Below are positions 28,728 through 37,363 of a DNA stretch of 64,000 bases, piece after piece. The position numbers were made by a program, and so were the translations under genes. The DNA comes from Candidatus Saccharimonadota bacterium (GTDB taxonomy: Bacteria > Patescibacteriota > Saccharimonadia > Saccharimonadales > Saccharimonadaceae), in NCBI GenBank assembly GCA_017480095.1, contig JAFVBG010000002.1, positions 3,728 through 67,727 of the forward strand, written 5' to 3'. The notes under the pieces were generated by a model, which had not been told where the DNA came from, did not search any database, and was given only the letters and a program-made list of their open reading frames with translations. Numbering within the stretch: the first letter of the stretch is position 1; each line of letters starts with the position of its first letter.

Positions 28728-29555
28728 CTATTTTTCGTTGTGAATCTTAACCTGCTTAAACGGAATCTCGATTTTACGGGCAGCAAATTCATCAAGAATA
28801 GTTCGGCGTAACATTCGCTGCATCTTGAAGTGTTTGTAAGGCGCACACGGGCATTGAATCCGCCATTTCACGCCATTTTCAGTCAGCCCAGTGATGCCTA
28901 ATACCTTGATTTCACCCCTGGCATCTTCAATCGTACCGTCGAGTTTCTTCTTAACCGCATCGAGCGCCTTCTCAATATCTTTTGAATCGTGTTTATAGGC
29001 CACCTCGACATCAACGATGGCCAGAGTATTGTCCTGGGAATAATTGACCAGAGTACTAAGATTATGGTTAGCAATCACCTTGATTTTACCCCGGAAATTA
29101 CGGATTTTGGTAGTTTTTAGCCCTAAGAAGATGACGCGACCACGAAAACCATCGACTTCAATCAGATCGCCGACCTGAAACTGGTTCTCCGAAAGGATTG
29201 AAATCCCCGCAATAATGTCTTTAGCGAGATCTTGCAAAGCGAGGCCGAGAATAGCAGTGGCAATGCCAAGTCCAGCGAAAATGGAGCTGACATCCACGCC
29301 ATAAACCGCCAAGATAATCAGGATAACGATGAGAGAAATGACGTATTTTAAGATGTTTGAGCCGAGCGTATTGACGGTCTGCAAGCGCTGGTAGTTGGTC
29401 TGCCCCACCTTGTCTGGACTTAAGCGCAGAAAGAGGCGCAAACCGTTTGATAATAGCTTATAGACAAAAAAGCCCAGGATAATGTAAATAATCGGCTTGA
29501 GAATCAAGTTCCAGTCGAAGTATTCAATTCCTAGACTTTTGAGAAAAGAATCCAT
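28728..29555 (-). CDS. mscS: Small-conductance mechanosensitive channel
   Basis: GLALQDLAKDIIAGISILSENQFQVGDLIEV, IGLKTTK-like motif, IEIPF. Confidence 0.92.
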   Translation of the reverse strand: MDSFLKSLGIEYFDWNLILKPIIYIILGFFVYKLLSNGLRLFLRLSPDKVGQTNYQRLQTVNTLGSNILKYVISLIVILIILAVYGVDVSSIFAGLGIATAILGLALQDLAKDIIAGISILSENQFQVGDLIEVDGFRGRVIFLGLKTTKIRNFRGKIKVIANHNLSTLVNYSQDNTLAIVDVEVAYKHDSKDIEKALDAVKKKLDGTIEDARGEIKVLGITGLTENGVKWRIQCPCAPYKHFKMQRMLRRTILDEFAARKIEIPFKQVKIHNEK

Positions 29556-29577
29556 ATTTGCCCACTTTGGACGTTAA

Positions 29578-29658
29578 TTATTTGTTGCGCTTGCGTTTTT
29601 CGCTGTGCTTGTGATTGTTATTACGGTTCAATTTAGCAACTTTTTTAGCTTTTGCCAT
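29578..29658 (-). CDS. 26-aa highly basic small protein (not in the ORF track)
   Basis: AGGAG RBS, upstream TGCTAAAAT; MAKAKKVAKLNRNNNHKHSEKRKRNK*. Confidence 0.55.
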   Translation of the reverse strand: MAKAKKVAKLNRNNNHKHSEKRKRNK

Positions 29659-29859
29659 GAAAATTCTCCTTCAGGTTTAATTTTAGCATATTTTAGCAAA
29701 TTTTTGAAGATGTGAGCTAAAAAGTGTTATCTATCGCCTCACATTCCAGTCTGTAACAGTAATTAGAATATCATCTTGAATAACCGAGTCGTAACTGGTG
29801 GTTATAGAAAATGGACCTTTATTATACTCTTGTTTAAGACTGCCAAATATTTGACTTTG

Positions 29860-30426
29860 TTAGCCGACCAGCTTATGTACGTCGTATTCCGACTGCTCTT
29901 CATATTCGTAAGAAGATTGAATGCCTTTCATATAAACTTCGCGATTGTTTATATCGGAGGTCAAAGCTTTTTCGAGAAGCGTCTTAATTTCAAGATCATT
30001 GATAGGCGACCGCTCCATTGCGGATAAGTATTCCTCTTTTCCGACTTTTGACCAATCCACACATTTACCTATTTTTTTCTTTAAAATCTGATCGAGCCAA
30101 ATCCTAGTTGCACGACCATTCCCCTCTCGAAATGGATGAGCAACGTTCATCTCGACATATTTTTTAATTATCTCGTCATAATTGTCGTCTGGGAGGTTAT
30201 CGATAGTTTTTAGAGTATCATTGAGATATATTACTGGTGCAAAACGAAAATTACTCTTAGCTAAATCTACGTCGCGAATCTTCCCTGCAAAATCAAAGAC
30301 ATCCTGAAAAAGAAAAAGGTGAATCTGTTTTAAGCCTTCAGTAGTTCCAATCTCGAATTCATTTATTTTTCCGCTATCATATAGCTCAATAGCACGTTTC
30401 TTACTCTGGAGCTCTTCGTTTTTCAT
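29860..30426 (-). CDS. fic: Class III Fic protein (NmFic-like)
   Basis: HPFREGNGRATRIWLD; C-terminal SYEYE inhibitory-type helix. Confidence 0.92.
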   Translation of the reverse strand: MKNEELQSKKRAIELYDSGKINEFEIGTTEGLKQIHLFLFQDVFDFAGKIRDVDLAKSNFRFAPVIYLNDTLKTIDNLPDDNYDEIIKKYVEMNVAHPFREGNGRATRIWLDQILKKKIGKCVDWSKVGKEEYLSAMERSPINDLEIKTLLEKALTSDINNREVYMKGIQSSYEYEEQSEYDVHKLVG

Positions 30427-30568
30427 AGCTACATTATATCAAAAACCATGTCATAATAAAAGTACCGAAGCGCTCACGCAACGCCGAAGAACCAAGAATT
30501 TTTATTTTGTAGCTAAATATTCTTCAATGTTTTTTAACATTACACCAAAATATGGTATAATATACCTC

Positions 30569-31558
30569 ATGAATCTCAAAATTGGCATCGTCGGCCTCCC
30601 GAATGTCGGCAAATCTACACTATTTAACGCGCTCACAAACGCTGGTGCCCTGGCGGCAAATTATCCTTTTGCTACCATCGAACCAAATGTTGGCATCGTT
30701 CCCGTCCCAGACCATCGACTAGAAGTCCTGGCTAAGATGTATGAGACCGAAAAAGTTGTTCCCGCCACAGTGGAATTCGTCGATATTGCTGGGCTAGTGA
30801 CTGGCGCTAGCAAAGGTGAGGGGCTCGGCAACAAATTCCTTGCGCATATCCGTGAATGCCATGCGATTTGCCATGTTGTTCGCGCTTTTGTTAATAATGA
30901 CATTGTGCGCGCCGATAGCAAGCCCGAAGAAGACATCCTAAAACAAGCCAAAGACGACATCGACATCATCAACCTTGAACTCCAGCTGGCAGATGACGAG
31001 ACTCGCGCCAAAATTGCCGCTAAGCGCAAAAAAGATCCAAACGACGAGCATATACCATTCTTGACCGATAAGCCGGTGATTTACATGTTCAATGTAGATG
31101 AAAACGGTCTAACCGACGAGAATTTGCAAAAATCTCTACAAGACCTCGTTAGGCCAGCCCAAGCGGTTTTTGTCAATGCCAAACTTGAAGAAGAAATGGC
31201 AGGCATGTCTCGTGATGAGCGTAAGGAGTTCTTGGCGAGCTATGGCGTAGAAAATGATGCTCTCGGAGAACTGATTAAAGCTGCCTATGATACGCTGGGC
31301 TTACAGAGTTTCCTGACTGCCGGCAAAAAAGAATGTCGTGCCTGGACAATCAAACAAGGCGCTACCGCTCCAGAGGCGGCTGGCACTATTCATACTGATT
31401 TTCAACGTGGGTTTATTTCTGCCCAGATTTGCAACTACGATGACTTGGTCGCTAAAGGTTCCGAGAAGGCTGTTCGCGAGGCTGGCTTGATGCGCACGGA
31501 AGGCAAAACTTATGTCATGCAAGATGGCGACGTGGTAGAATTCCGCTTTAATGTCTAG
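30569..31558 (+). CDS. ychF: Redox-regulated ATPase YchF (short form)
   Basis: GIVGLPNVGKST, NYPFATIEPN, DIAGLV, C-terminal TGS QDGDVVEFRFNV; ATG 30569 after TGGTATAAT. Confidence 0.97.
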   Translation: MNLKIGIVGLPNVGKSTLFNALTNAGALAANYPFATIEPNVGIVPVPDHRLEVLAKMYETEKVVPATVEFVDIAGLVTGASKGEGLGNKFLAHIRECHAICHVVRAFVNNDIVRADSKPEEDILKQAKDDIDIINLELQLADDETRAKIAAKRKKDPNDEHIPFLTDKPVIYMFNVDENGLTDENLQKSLQDLVRPAQAVFVNAKLEEEMAGMSRDERKEFLASYGVENDALGELIKAAYDTLGLQSFLTAGKKECRAWTIKQGATAPEAAGTIHTDFQRGFISAQICNYDDLVAKGSEKAVREAGLMRTEGKTYVMQDGDVVEFRFNV

Positions 31559-31615
31559 CCACCTTATTGACGAAGTCAAATATTATACCACAAAAAATAC
31601 CAGAAACTCAATACC

Positions 31616-31634
31616 TGTTGTAAAAATTACAACA
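31616..31634. promoter_or_regulatory. Perfect palindrome TGTTGTAA-AAA-TTACAACA upstream of the comEC promoter
   Basis: Lies 17 nt before TTGACT (31652-31657), which is 18 nt from TATATT. Confidence 0.5.
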
Positions 31635-31689
31635 TTATTATAAAAATTGTCTTGACTTTTTTATATTTTACGACATATATTCTTCGTAA

Positions 31690-33039
31690 ATGAAAAGTCC
31701 ACCCAGAAAGCCACATCTTCCCCATATTTCTTGGTTCGTCGTGTTTTTTGCTATTTTATCTATCATTAGCATAATTTATGCGCAAATAGTCGGGCATTCC
31801 AACACGCAAAAGGCTGTCGAATTTTTGAAGAACTTTGAGAATATGCCCGTAATCATCTCTGGCACAGTTCTAAAAGATCCGACCGAGAGCGAGGGCAAAA
31901 TTGGCTACACTTTGACTAGTCTTAGGCTAGAAGAGCCTGTAACTCAAGAATTGGCAGGTAAAATCTATGTCAGCTTTCGCAACTTAAATACTGAACAGAG
32001 GCCAGAGCGTTCAGATAACCTGACCTTGAGTGGTGAGCTACAAGCAGGGTTTGGCAACTTCGTCGCTTCACTGAGGAGTCCTAAAATTGAGCGGCTAGAG
32101 CCTGGGGATGACGTTTTCTTGCAAATCCGCAATCATTTTGCCGACCAAATCCGCATATACGTCGAAGCTCCAGAGTCTGGTCTCGAATTAGGCTATCTAC
32201 TAGGCATGAAGACCGAAATTGACCCTGAGCTTGAAGAGACATTGCGAGTGGTTGGACTGACACACATGGTAGTGGCTTCTGGTACACATCTCGGTATTCT
32301 GGTAGGTGTAGGGCGAAAGTTATTCGGAAAAATCTCCCGCTTCGCCGGTCTCTTGGCGGCGGGGATAATGATTGTCATCTTCGTCGGAATTACTGGACTC
32401 ACGCCGTCCATGATGCGCGCTGCTTTCGTATCTGGATTAACACTTATAGCCTGGTATTTTGGGCGAGATGCGGACGCCTGGCGAATTTTGCTCTATGCCG
32501 CCGCCGTAACACTTCTGATAAATCCTGACAATCTGACCGATCTCGCGTGGCAGCTTTCGTTCGGTTCGTTTACGGGTCTAATGCTGATTGCTCCGATTTT
32601 AACACGGTTCTTCTACGGCTCCAAAAGCCCAGGCTTCATCGGCTCAAGTATCATCACGTCCGTCTCCACCATTCTCTGTTGCGCGCCGATTTTACTCTAT
32701 TCCTTTGGCTCGCTCTCGATTATTTCGGTCCTGGCCAACATTCTCATCTTGCCAACCCTGGCACCAGTGATGGGGCTGGGTCTCGTAGCTGGAGCTTGCG
32801 GACTGCTCGGAGTGCCACTTCTAGCGCAAATCTGCGGTTTCATTACAACTATAGTCTTGAAATATCACATCTTTACCGTCAACCTGCTAGGGGCGCAATC
32901 CATTTTTCTAGTCGAAGTCGAGAAGAATAATCCCATCGTCTTTCTGCTGTGGCTAATCCCAGTAAGTCTAATAATAATCAAAATATGGCAGACAAAGAAA
33001 CATCAAACTGCCTTCTTGGCAAACGCTCAATCTGGTTAG
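31690..33039 (+). CDS. comEC: ComEC/Rec2 competence DNA-uptake channel (membrane and OB-like parts, no MBL domain)
   Basis: GLTHMVVASGTHL, TPSMMRA, WQLSF; multiple TM helices. Confidence 0.9.
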   Translation: MKSPPRKPHLPHISWFVVFFAILSIISIIYAQIVGHSNTQKAVEFLKNFENMPVIISGTVLKDPTESEGKIGYTLTSLRLEEPVTQELAGKIYVSFRNLNTEQRPERSDNLTLSGELQAGFGNFVASLRSPKIERLEPGDDVFLQIRNHFADQIRIYVEAPESGLELGYLLGMKTEIDPELEETLRVVGLTHMVVASGTHLGILVGVGRKLFGKISRFAGLLAAGIMIVIFVGITGLTPSMMRAAFVSGLTLIAWYFGRDADAWRILLYAAAVTLLINPDNLTDLAWQLSFGSFTGLMLIAPILTRFFYGSKSPGFIGSSIITSVSTILCCAPILLYSFGSLSIISVLANILILPTLAPVMGLGLVAGACGLLGVPLLAQICGFITTIVLKYHIFTVNLLGAQSIFLVEVEKNNPIVFLLWLIPVSLIIIKIWQTKKHQTAFLANAQSG

Positions 33040-33580
33040 TTAGCCTTCGCGCATGAGTGGGAATCTTGTCTTCAATCATCTCGTCAATAGATTGCCAAGC
33101 TTTTAGCTCTTGAATCAGCCTAAAGGTAAAGACATCAAAAAGCTGCTCTTGTGCATTCTGCGTGAGCTTAGGCTGAATTTCGAGCCAACGTTCAATAACT
33201 ACTTGTTTCAAAGTCAGCGCAATCTGGTGAAAATATGAAAAATCCCAATTATCTAATAGTCGCGCATAAAGTTTATGATGTCTCGCAAAATGTGTAAAAA
33301 TCAGATAAAAAAGCATCTCAAAAGAGGCACGCTCCATAATTCGACTTAAAGCTCGTTGTAGTTCGTCTATCGTATGTTCTAGATGTGCCGCAATCGCCTC
33401 TTCAATACCGCTAAAATGGCGATAAAAAGTTGAACGCCTGATCTTTGCCAGGCGACAGATGCCAGAAACAGTTATCTTATCGGAGGAACGCTCCGTTATG
33501 ACCTCTTCTATGGCTCGATAAATCTTGTTCTCAGAATTCTGGTAACGCTGGTCGCGCACTAGATTTCGAGTGAGCTCCAT
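32978..33580 (-). CDS. TetR/AcrR family transcriptional regulator
   Basis: KITVSGICRLAKIRRSTFYRHF HTH; promoter TTGACT-17-TATAAT at 33614-33586. Confidence 0.88.
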   Translation of the reverse strand: MELTRNLVRDQRYQNSENKIYRAIEEVITERSSDKITVSGICRLAKIRRSTFYRHFSGIEEAIAAHLEHTIDELQRALSRIMERASFEMLFYLIFTHFARHHKLYARLLDNWDFSYFHQIALTLKQVVIERWLEIQPKLTQNAQEQLFDVFTFRLIQELKAWQSIDEMIEDKIPTHARRLTNQIERLPRRQFDVSLSAIF

Positions 33581-33631
33581 ACCTTATTATAGCATATTTT
33601 ATCAGAAAAGTCAATACTGCTTATGTAAAAA

Positions 33632-33686
33632 ACGCTAGATATAGCGTATTTTCCTATTGACAGACACTATATATAGCGTGTATAAT
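33632..33686 (+). promoter_or_regulatory. Two tandem NrdR boxes overlapping a TTGACA-18-TATAAT promoter
   Basis: ACGCTAGATATAGCGT (33632-33647) and ACACTATATATAGCGT (33664-33679), 32 bp apart; consensus acaCwAtATaTwGtgt. Confidence 0.8.
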
Positions 33687-33729
33687 CATTAGTAGCATGA
33701 AAATACTAAAGCTAAAATAGAAGGGTGAT

Positions 33730-34164
33730 ATGAAAAACATTATTTATTTCCAACCAGAAGACGTAACAAAATTCGACTTTACACGTTACGAAAAATCTTT
33801 GAACAAATATGGGAAAGTCGCCAAGAAAGACATCGAAGAAGCCTTAAAATCGCTCGATAAATATGAGAATATGCACGTTAGTCTGCTCGTAGAGACAGGG
33901 GTAAAGCTGCTTGAAAAGTCCGCTGGCGATGATGCGGCCAAGAAATATTTTGATGCGCATGGTGAATATTTTGGCGGAAAGTTTGAACGTTTGCGCCGCA
34001 TTACGGGCTATCTCGTCGGCTCTCTAGAACGCTGGAACGACGGCAAACAGGCTGAAGAGGCGGCTCGCGTCAAGCACTCGGTGAACTCCTGCACGGATGA
34101 CCTCGTGCGGGCTGCGAAGTTACAAGATCAGTATCTTGCCCACAATGTAGCCTATGCGGCGTAA
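33730..34164 (+). CDS. Stand-alone NrdD C-terminal glycyl-radical domain protein
   Basis: FERLRRITGYLVGSLERWNDGKQAEEAARVKH is the class III RNR C-terminal motif; only 144 aa. Confidence 0.85.
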   Translation: MKNIIYFQPEDVTKFDFTRYEKSLNKYGKVAKKDIEEALKSLDKYENMHVSLLVETGVKLLEKSAGDDAAKKYFDAHGEYFGGKFERLRRITGYLVGSLERWNDGKQAEEAARVKHSVNSCTDDLVRAAKLQDQYLAHNVAYAA

Positions 34165-34186
34165 GCCTTAGTCTAGAGATGGGAAA

Positions 34187-34215
34187 AGCGCCCTCATCGA
34201 GGGCGCTCTATTTTT
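34187..34215. terminator. Bidirectional intrinsic terminator
   Basis: AGCGCCCTC-ATC-GAGGGCGCT flanked by A/T runs. Confidence 0.75.
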
Positions 34216-34233
34216 GAAAGGGTAAGGGGGTAA

Positions 34234-34899
34234 TCATGGGAGAACTAAGACCCGCGTCTGGCCAACCTTGCAATTCTCATAAATCGCAATCGCCAGGTCA
34301 TCTGGGCAGTTGGTGCAGCCATGCGAACCACTCTTGCGATAGTTCACATCGGAACCGAAACTGCTACGCCAATGCGCGTCGTGGAAACCTTCGCCACCAT
34401 TGTAGGCGCAGAAGTGGTCAACATGGTTATAGGCATTGCCTTTCATGTCGAAATCTCTGCGTTTCTGCGTGATTTTGAAGAGTCCCAGGTCGGTCGGGGT
34501 GGAGTCCTTGCCAGTAACGCAGTCGCCTTCAGCGATGATTTCGCCGTGCTTGAAATAGCGGACGTATTGCTCGTGGATGACTGTAATGATGATATCGTCG
34601 TATTTTTCGGAATATTCCCGAATTTTGACTTCTATATCATCTTCCACCAGGTAATCGGCACACATATAGTTGCCGTTGCTGAGCTTTGCCCAGCCGTCTT
34701 CGACGGATACGACTTCGACACGTTCGTCAGTGTCATGATGGCCGACGATTTTATAGTCGGTGCTAGGACCACTGCGTTCACGGACGTGTTTGGCGGTGAC
34801 TATGTAGGTTGTGTAATCACCTTCCGCAAAAGCGGAGACAGAAACAGACAGGGACAGTACGAGCGCGAGGACGAGGGATACGATGGTGACCTTTTTCAT
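34234..34899 (-). CDS. Secreted SH3b + L,D-transpeptidase (YkuD-like) protein
   Basis: Signal peptide; VRERSGPSTDYKIVG...GWAKL (SH3b); GFHDA...GSHGCTN catalytic motif. Confidence 0.88.
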   Translation of the reverse strand: MKKVTIVSLVLALVLSLSVSVSAFAEGDYTTYIVTAKHVRERSGPSTDYKIVGHHDTDERVEVVSVEDGWAKLSNGNYMCADYLVEDDIEVKIREYSEKYDDIIITVIHEQYVRYFKHGEIIAEGDCVTGKDSTPTDLGLFKITQKRRDFDMKGNAYNHVDHFCAYNGGEGFHDAHWRSSFGSDVNYRKSGSHGCTNCPDDLAIAIYENCKVGQTRVLVLP

Positions 34900-34968
34900 T
34901 TTAGTTACCTCTTTCTCTTTTCTAAGTTTCTTGACTCATTAAGCCTCAAGCATAACGGTCATGTTTTC

Positions 34969-34997
34969 ATTATACCACAAAAAGCATAAAAAGTCAA
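34969..34997 (-). promoter_or_regulatory. sigma70 promoter TTGACT-17-TATAAT (extended -10) of the LDT gene
   Basis: Minus strand TTGACTTTTTATGCTTTTTGTGGTATAAT. Confidence 0.75.
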
Positions 34998-35000
34998 TAT

Positions 35001-37247
35001 CTAATCGTAAACTGGGAGGTCATCTGGGAATGGATCATCTGGGAAAATCTCGTCAAAATTAGAGGAGAAGGGGTCAAAAGTCTTGGTAGCGCGAGTGTGG
35101 CCTTCGTGTTTAGAATATCCACCCGTGCGAAAGTCGGCATCACCAACCTTGGTCGAGAAGCTTACATCAGTAAAACCATCACCATCATAGTCCGAAGCAT
35201 CATCGTAATCGGTAGAGCCGTAGGGGTTATAGCCTAGCTCTAAGAGAAAACGAGACGGAGTAGGGTAGGCGCGCTGACCAAAGCTAAAGCGTGATTTAGC
35301 ATAGGTCATAATCAGTACTTCCCTGGCACGTGTCATACCGACATAAGCCAGACGACGTTCTTCCTCAATGTCCGCTTCCTCTAAAGAGCGAGAACTTGGA
35401 AAAAGCCCATCTTCCATACCGACGATAAAGACAACTGGGAACTCTAGCCCCTTGGCCGCGTGAAGGGTCATCAGAGTGACGGAGTGTTCAGAGCTATCTT
35501 CGTCTGCCGAAGACATCAGAGCAGCATCTTCGAGAAAGGCGTTAAGAGTTTCATACGGAGCGGCATTACCAGCGAGAGCAGTGAGGTTTGCCAACCTATC
35601 TTCGCTATCTGGAGTGCCGTCATTGTAAATCGCCGCGAAGTCAAAGTAGGCAATCAAATCCTCGATAATAGCAGACGGCGTGGCTTGGGTCTCAGCCTCG
35701 GCGTTATACTTGCGGATAAAGTTTTGGAGACGGTCGTAAGACTTCGCTGCTCGCCCAGTCAGAGGTAAACCTGCTCGTAGCTTATTAAAGCTGGCGTCGC
35801 CGATACCAGAGAGTACATTTTTACAAACGCGTTCCAATGAGACCATATCGAGCGGGTTGACAATCACCCGTAGAATCGCCAACGCGTCTTTGACCTCTTT
35901 ACGATCGTAGAAACGAACGCCGCCAACAATCTTGTAAGGGATATGAGCCGAGATGAAAGCTTTTTCAAAAGTAAGCGATTGGGCATTTGTGCGATACAGA
36001 ATTGCAAAATCATGAAAATCGCGTGGGTGGTCAGTATTAGCAGCATGAGCAATTTCCAGGGAAATGCGCGAAGCCACCCAAGTCGCCTCTTGAGTCTCAT
36101 CGGCAAGGGCCTCAATTTCGACTGGTGCGCCATCACCTTCTTCAGTAAAGAGCTCTTTATCGGTGCGGTCTTTATTCTCGCGGATAATCTTTTGCGAAGC
36201 TTTCAAGATATTGCCAGTGGAGCGATAATTTTGTTCCAATTTAATCACTTTTGCCCCTGGAAAATCGCGTTCAAAATGGAGAATATTCGTATAATCTGCA
36301 CCACGCCAAGAGTAAATTGACTGCCAGTCGTCCCCCACTACACAAAGATTACGTTGCTCATTCACCAGAGCCTTGACTAGGCGATACTGGATATTGTTGG
36401 TGTCCTGATACTCATCAATCAAGATATACTGAAAACGCTCACGCCACTTCTGACAAACTTCGGGATTTTCACGAAACATTTTAACCGTGCGCAAGAGTAG
36501 GTCATCAAAATCGAGCGCACCAGCCTTCTCTTTTTCTTCTTCATAAAGGTGGTAGAGCTTGGCGATTATCTTCTGATTTGGATAATAAGCGTCAGCGGCA
36601 TATTCATCGGGCATAATCCCCTGGTTCTTATTGGTGGAGATAACCGAAATGACGGATTTGGGCTTGATTTGCTTGTTATTGATTTTTTGGTCACGGATGA
36701 TACGACGAAGTAGTGCAGCCTGGTCGTCGGTATCGTAAATCACAAAATTCGGCTCTAGACTAGCAGCGACGTGCTCCATGTGCAAGATGCGCACGCAGAT
36801 GCCGTGAAAAGTACCCATGTAAGGCATGAACGACCTGGGGGCTGGCGGGTGACACGTTGAGTAAGTGTGACCCTGCGAACGTGCCGACGTACGAGGAGGT
36901 ATAGCGCAGCTCCGCCCATGACGATGGGCCGGAGCAAGCGGTTCGCACGGGTCACCTTGCTCAATCGTGGCAGGACCCACCAACCCCCAGAGGCGTTCAC
37001 GCATTTCACGGGCGGCTTTGTTGGTGAAGGTGACGGCGAGGATACGGTTCTCGGCTACGCCATGCGCAATCAGATTAGCAATGCGATGTGTAAGCGTTTT
37101 GGTTTTGCCCGACCCTGCGCCAGCCAGAATGAGTAGCGGACCTTCTAATGTCTGTACTGCTTCCTTTTGAGCTGGGTTTAAGCCATCAAAAATTACAAGA
37201 TTATCAGGGGTGGAGTTGGCATTCGAAATGATTTCGGGATTATCCAT
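35001..37247 (-). CDS. pcrA: ATP-dependent DNA helicase PcrA/UvrD with an in-frame insertion
   Basis: LAGAGSGKT, VTFTNKAA, IDEYQDTN, VGDDWQSIYSWRGA, TLHAAKGLEF; start MDNPEII at 37247. Confidence 0.96.
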   Translation of the reverse strand: MDNPEIISNANSTPDNLVIFDGLNPAQKEAVQTLEGPLLILAGAGSGKTKTLTHRIANLIAHGVAENRILAVTFTNKAAREMRERLWGLVGPATIEQGDPCEPLAPAHRHGRSCAIPPRTSARSQGHTYSTCHPPAPRSFMPYMGTFHGICVRILHMEHVAASLEPNFVIYDTDDQAALLRRIIRDQKINNKQIKPKSVISVISTNKNQGIMPDEYAADAYYPNQKIIAKLYHLYEEEKEKAGALDFDDLLLRTVKMFRENPEVCQKWRERFQYILIDEYQDTNNIQYRLVKALVNEQRNLCVVGDDWQSIYSWRGADYTNILHFERDFPGAKVIKLEQNYRSTGNILKASQKIIRENKDRTDKELFTEEGDGAPVEIEALADETQEATWVASRISLEIAHAANTDHPRDFHDFAILYRTNAQSLTFEKAFISAHIPYKIVGGVRFYDRKEVKDALAILRVIVNPLDMVSLERVCKNVLSGIGDASFNKLRAGLPLTGRAAKSYDRLQNFIRKYNAEAETQATPSAIIEDLIAYFDFAAIYNDGTPDSEDRLANLTALAGNAAPYETLNAFLEDAALMSSADEDSSEHSVTLMTLHAAKGLEFPVVFIVGMEDGLFPSSRSLEEADIEEERRLAYVGMTRAREVLIMTYAKSRFSFGQRAYPTPSRFLLELGYNPYGSTDYDDASDYDGDGFTDVSFSTKVGDADFRTGGYSKHEGHTRATKTFDPFSSNFDEIFPDDPFPDDLPVYD
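36854..36968. mobile_element. Palindromic (RPE/MITE-like) element inserted in frame within pcrA
   Basis: Arms TTGAGTAAGTGTGACCCTGCGAAC / GTTCGCACGGGTCACCTTGCTCAA enclose the hairpin GCTCCGCCCAT-GACG-ATGGGCCGGAGC. Confidence 0.6.
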
Positions 37248-37363
37248 ATCTACTATTTTAGCATAAAAGTTTTGAAAGAGTTGAAAAAAGCCTGAAAAAT
37301 TAGCTAATAGCACTTTCTTTTTTGGCAAAAATTTGGTATAGTATAGACAACAAGGAGTTTTTA

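Noticed and set aside
34321-34989. 222-aa plus-strand ORF
   Set aside because: Antisense shadow of the SH3-LDT gene.
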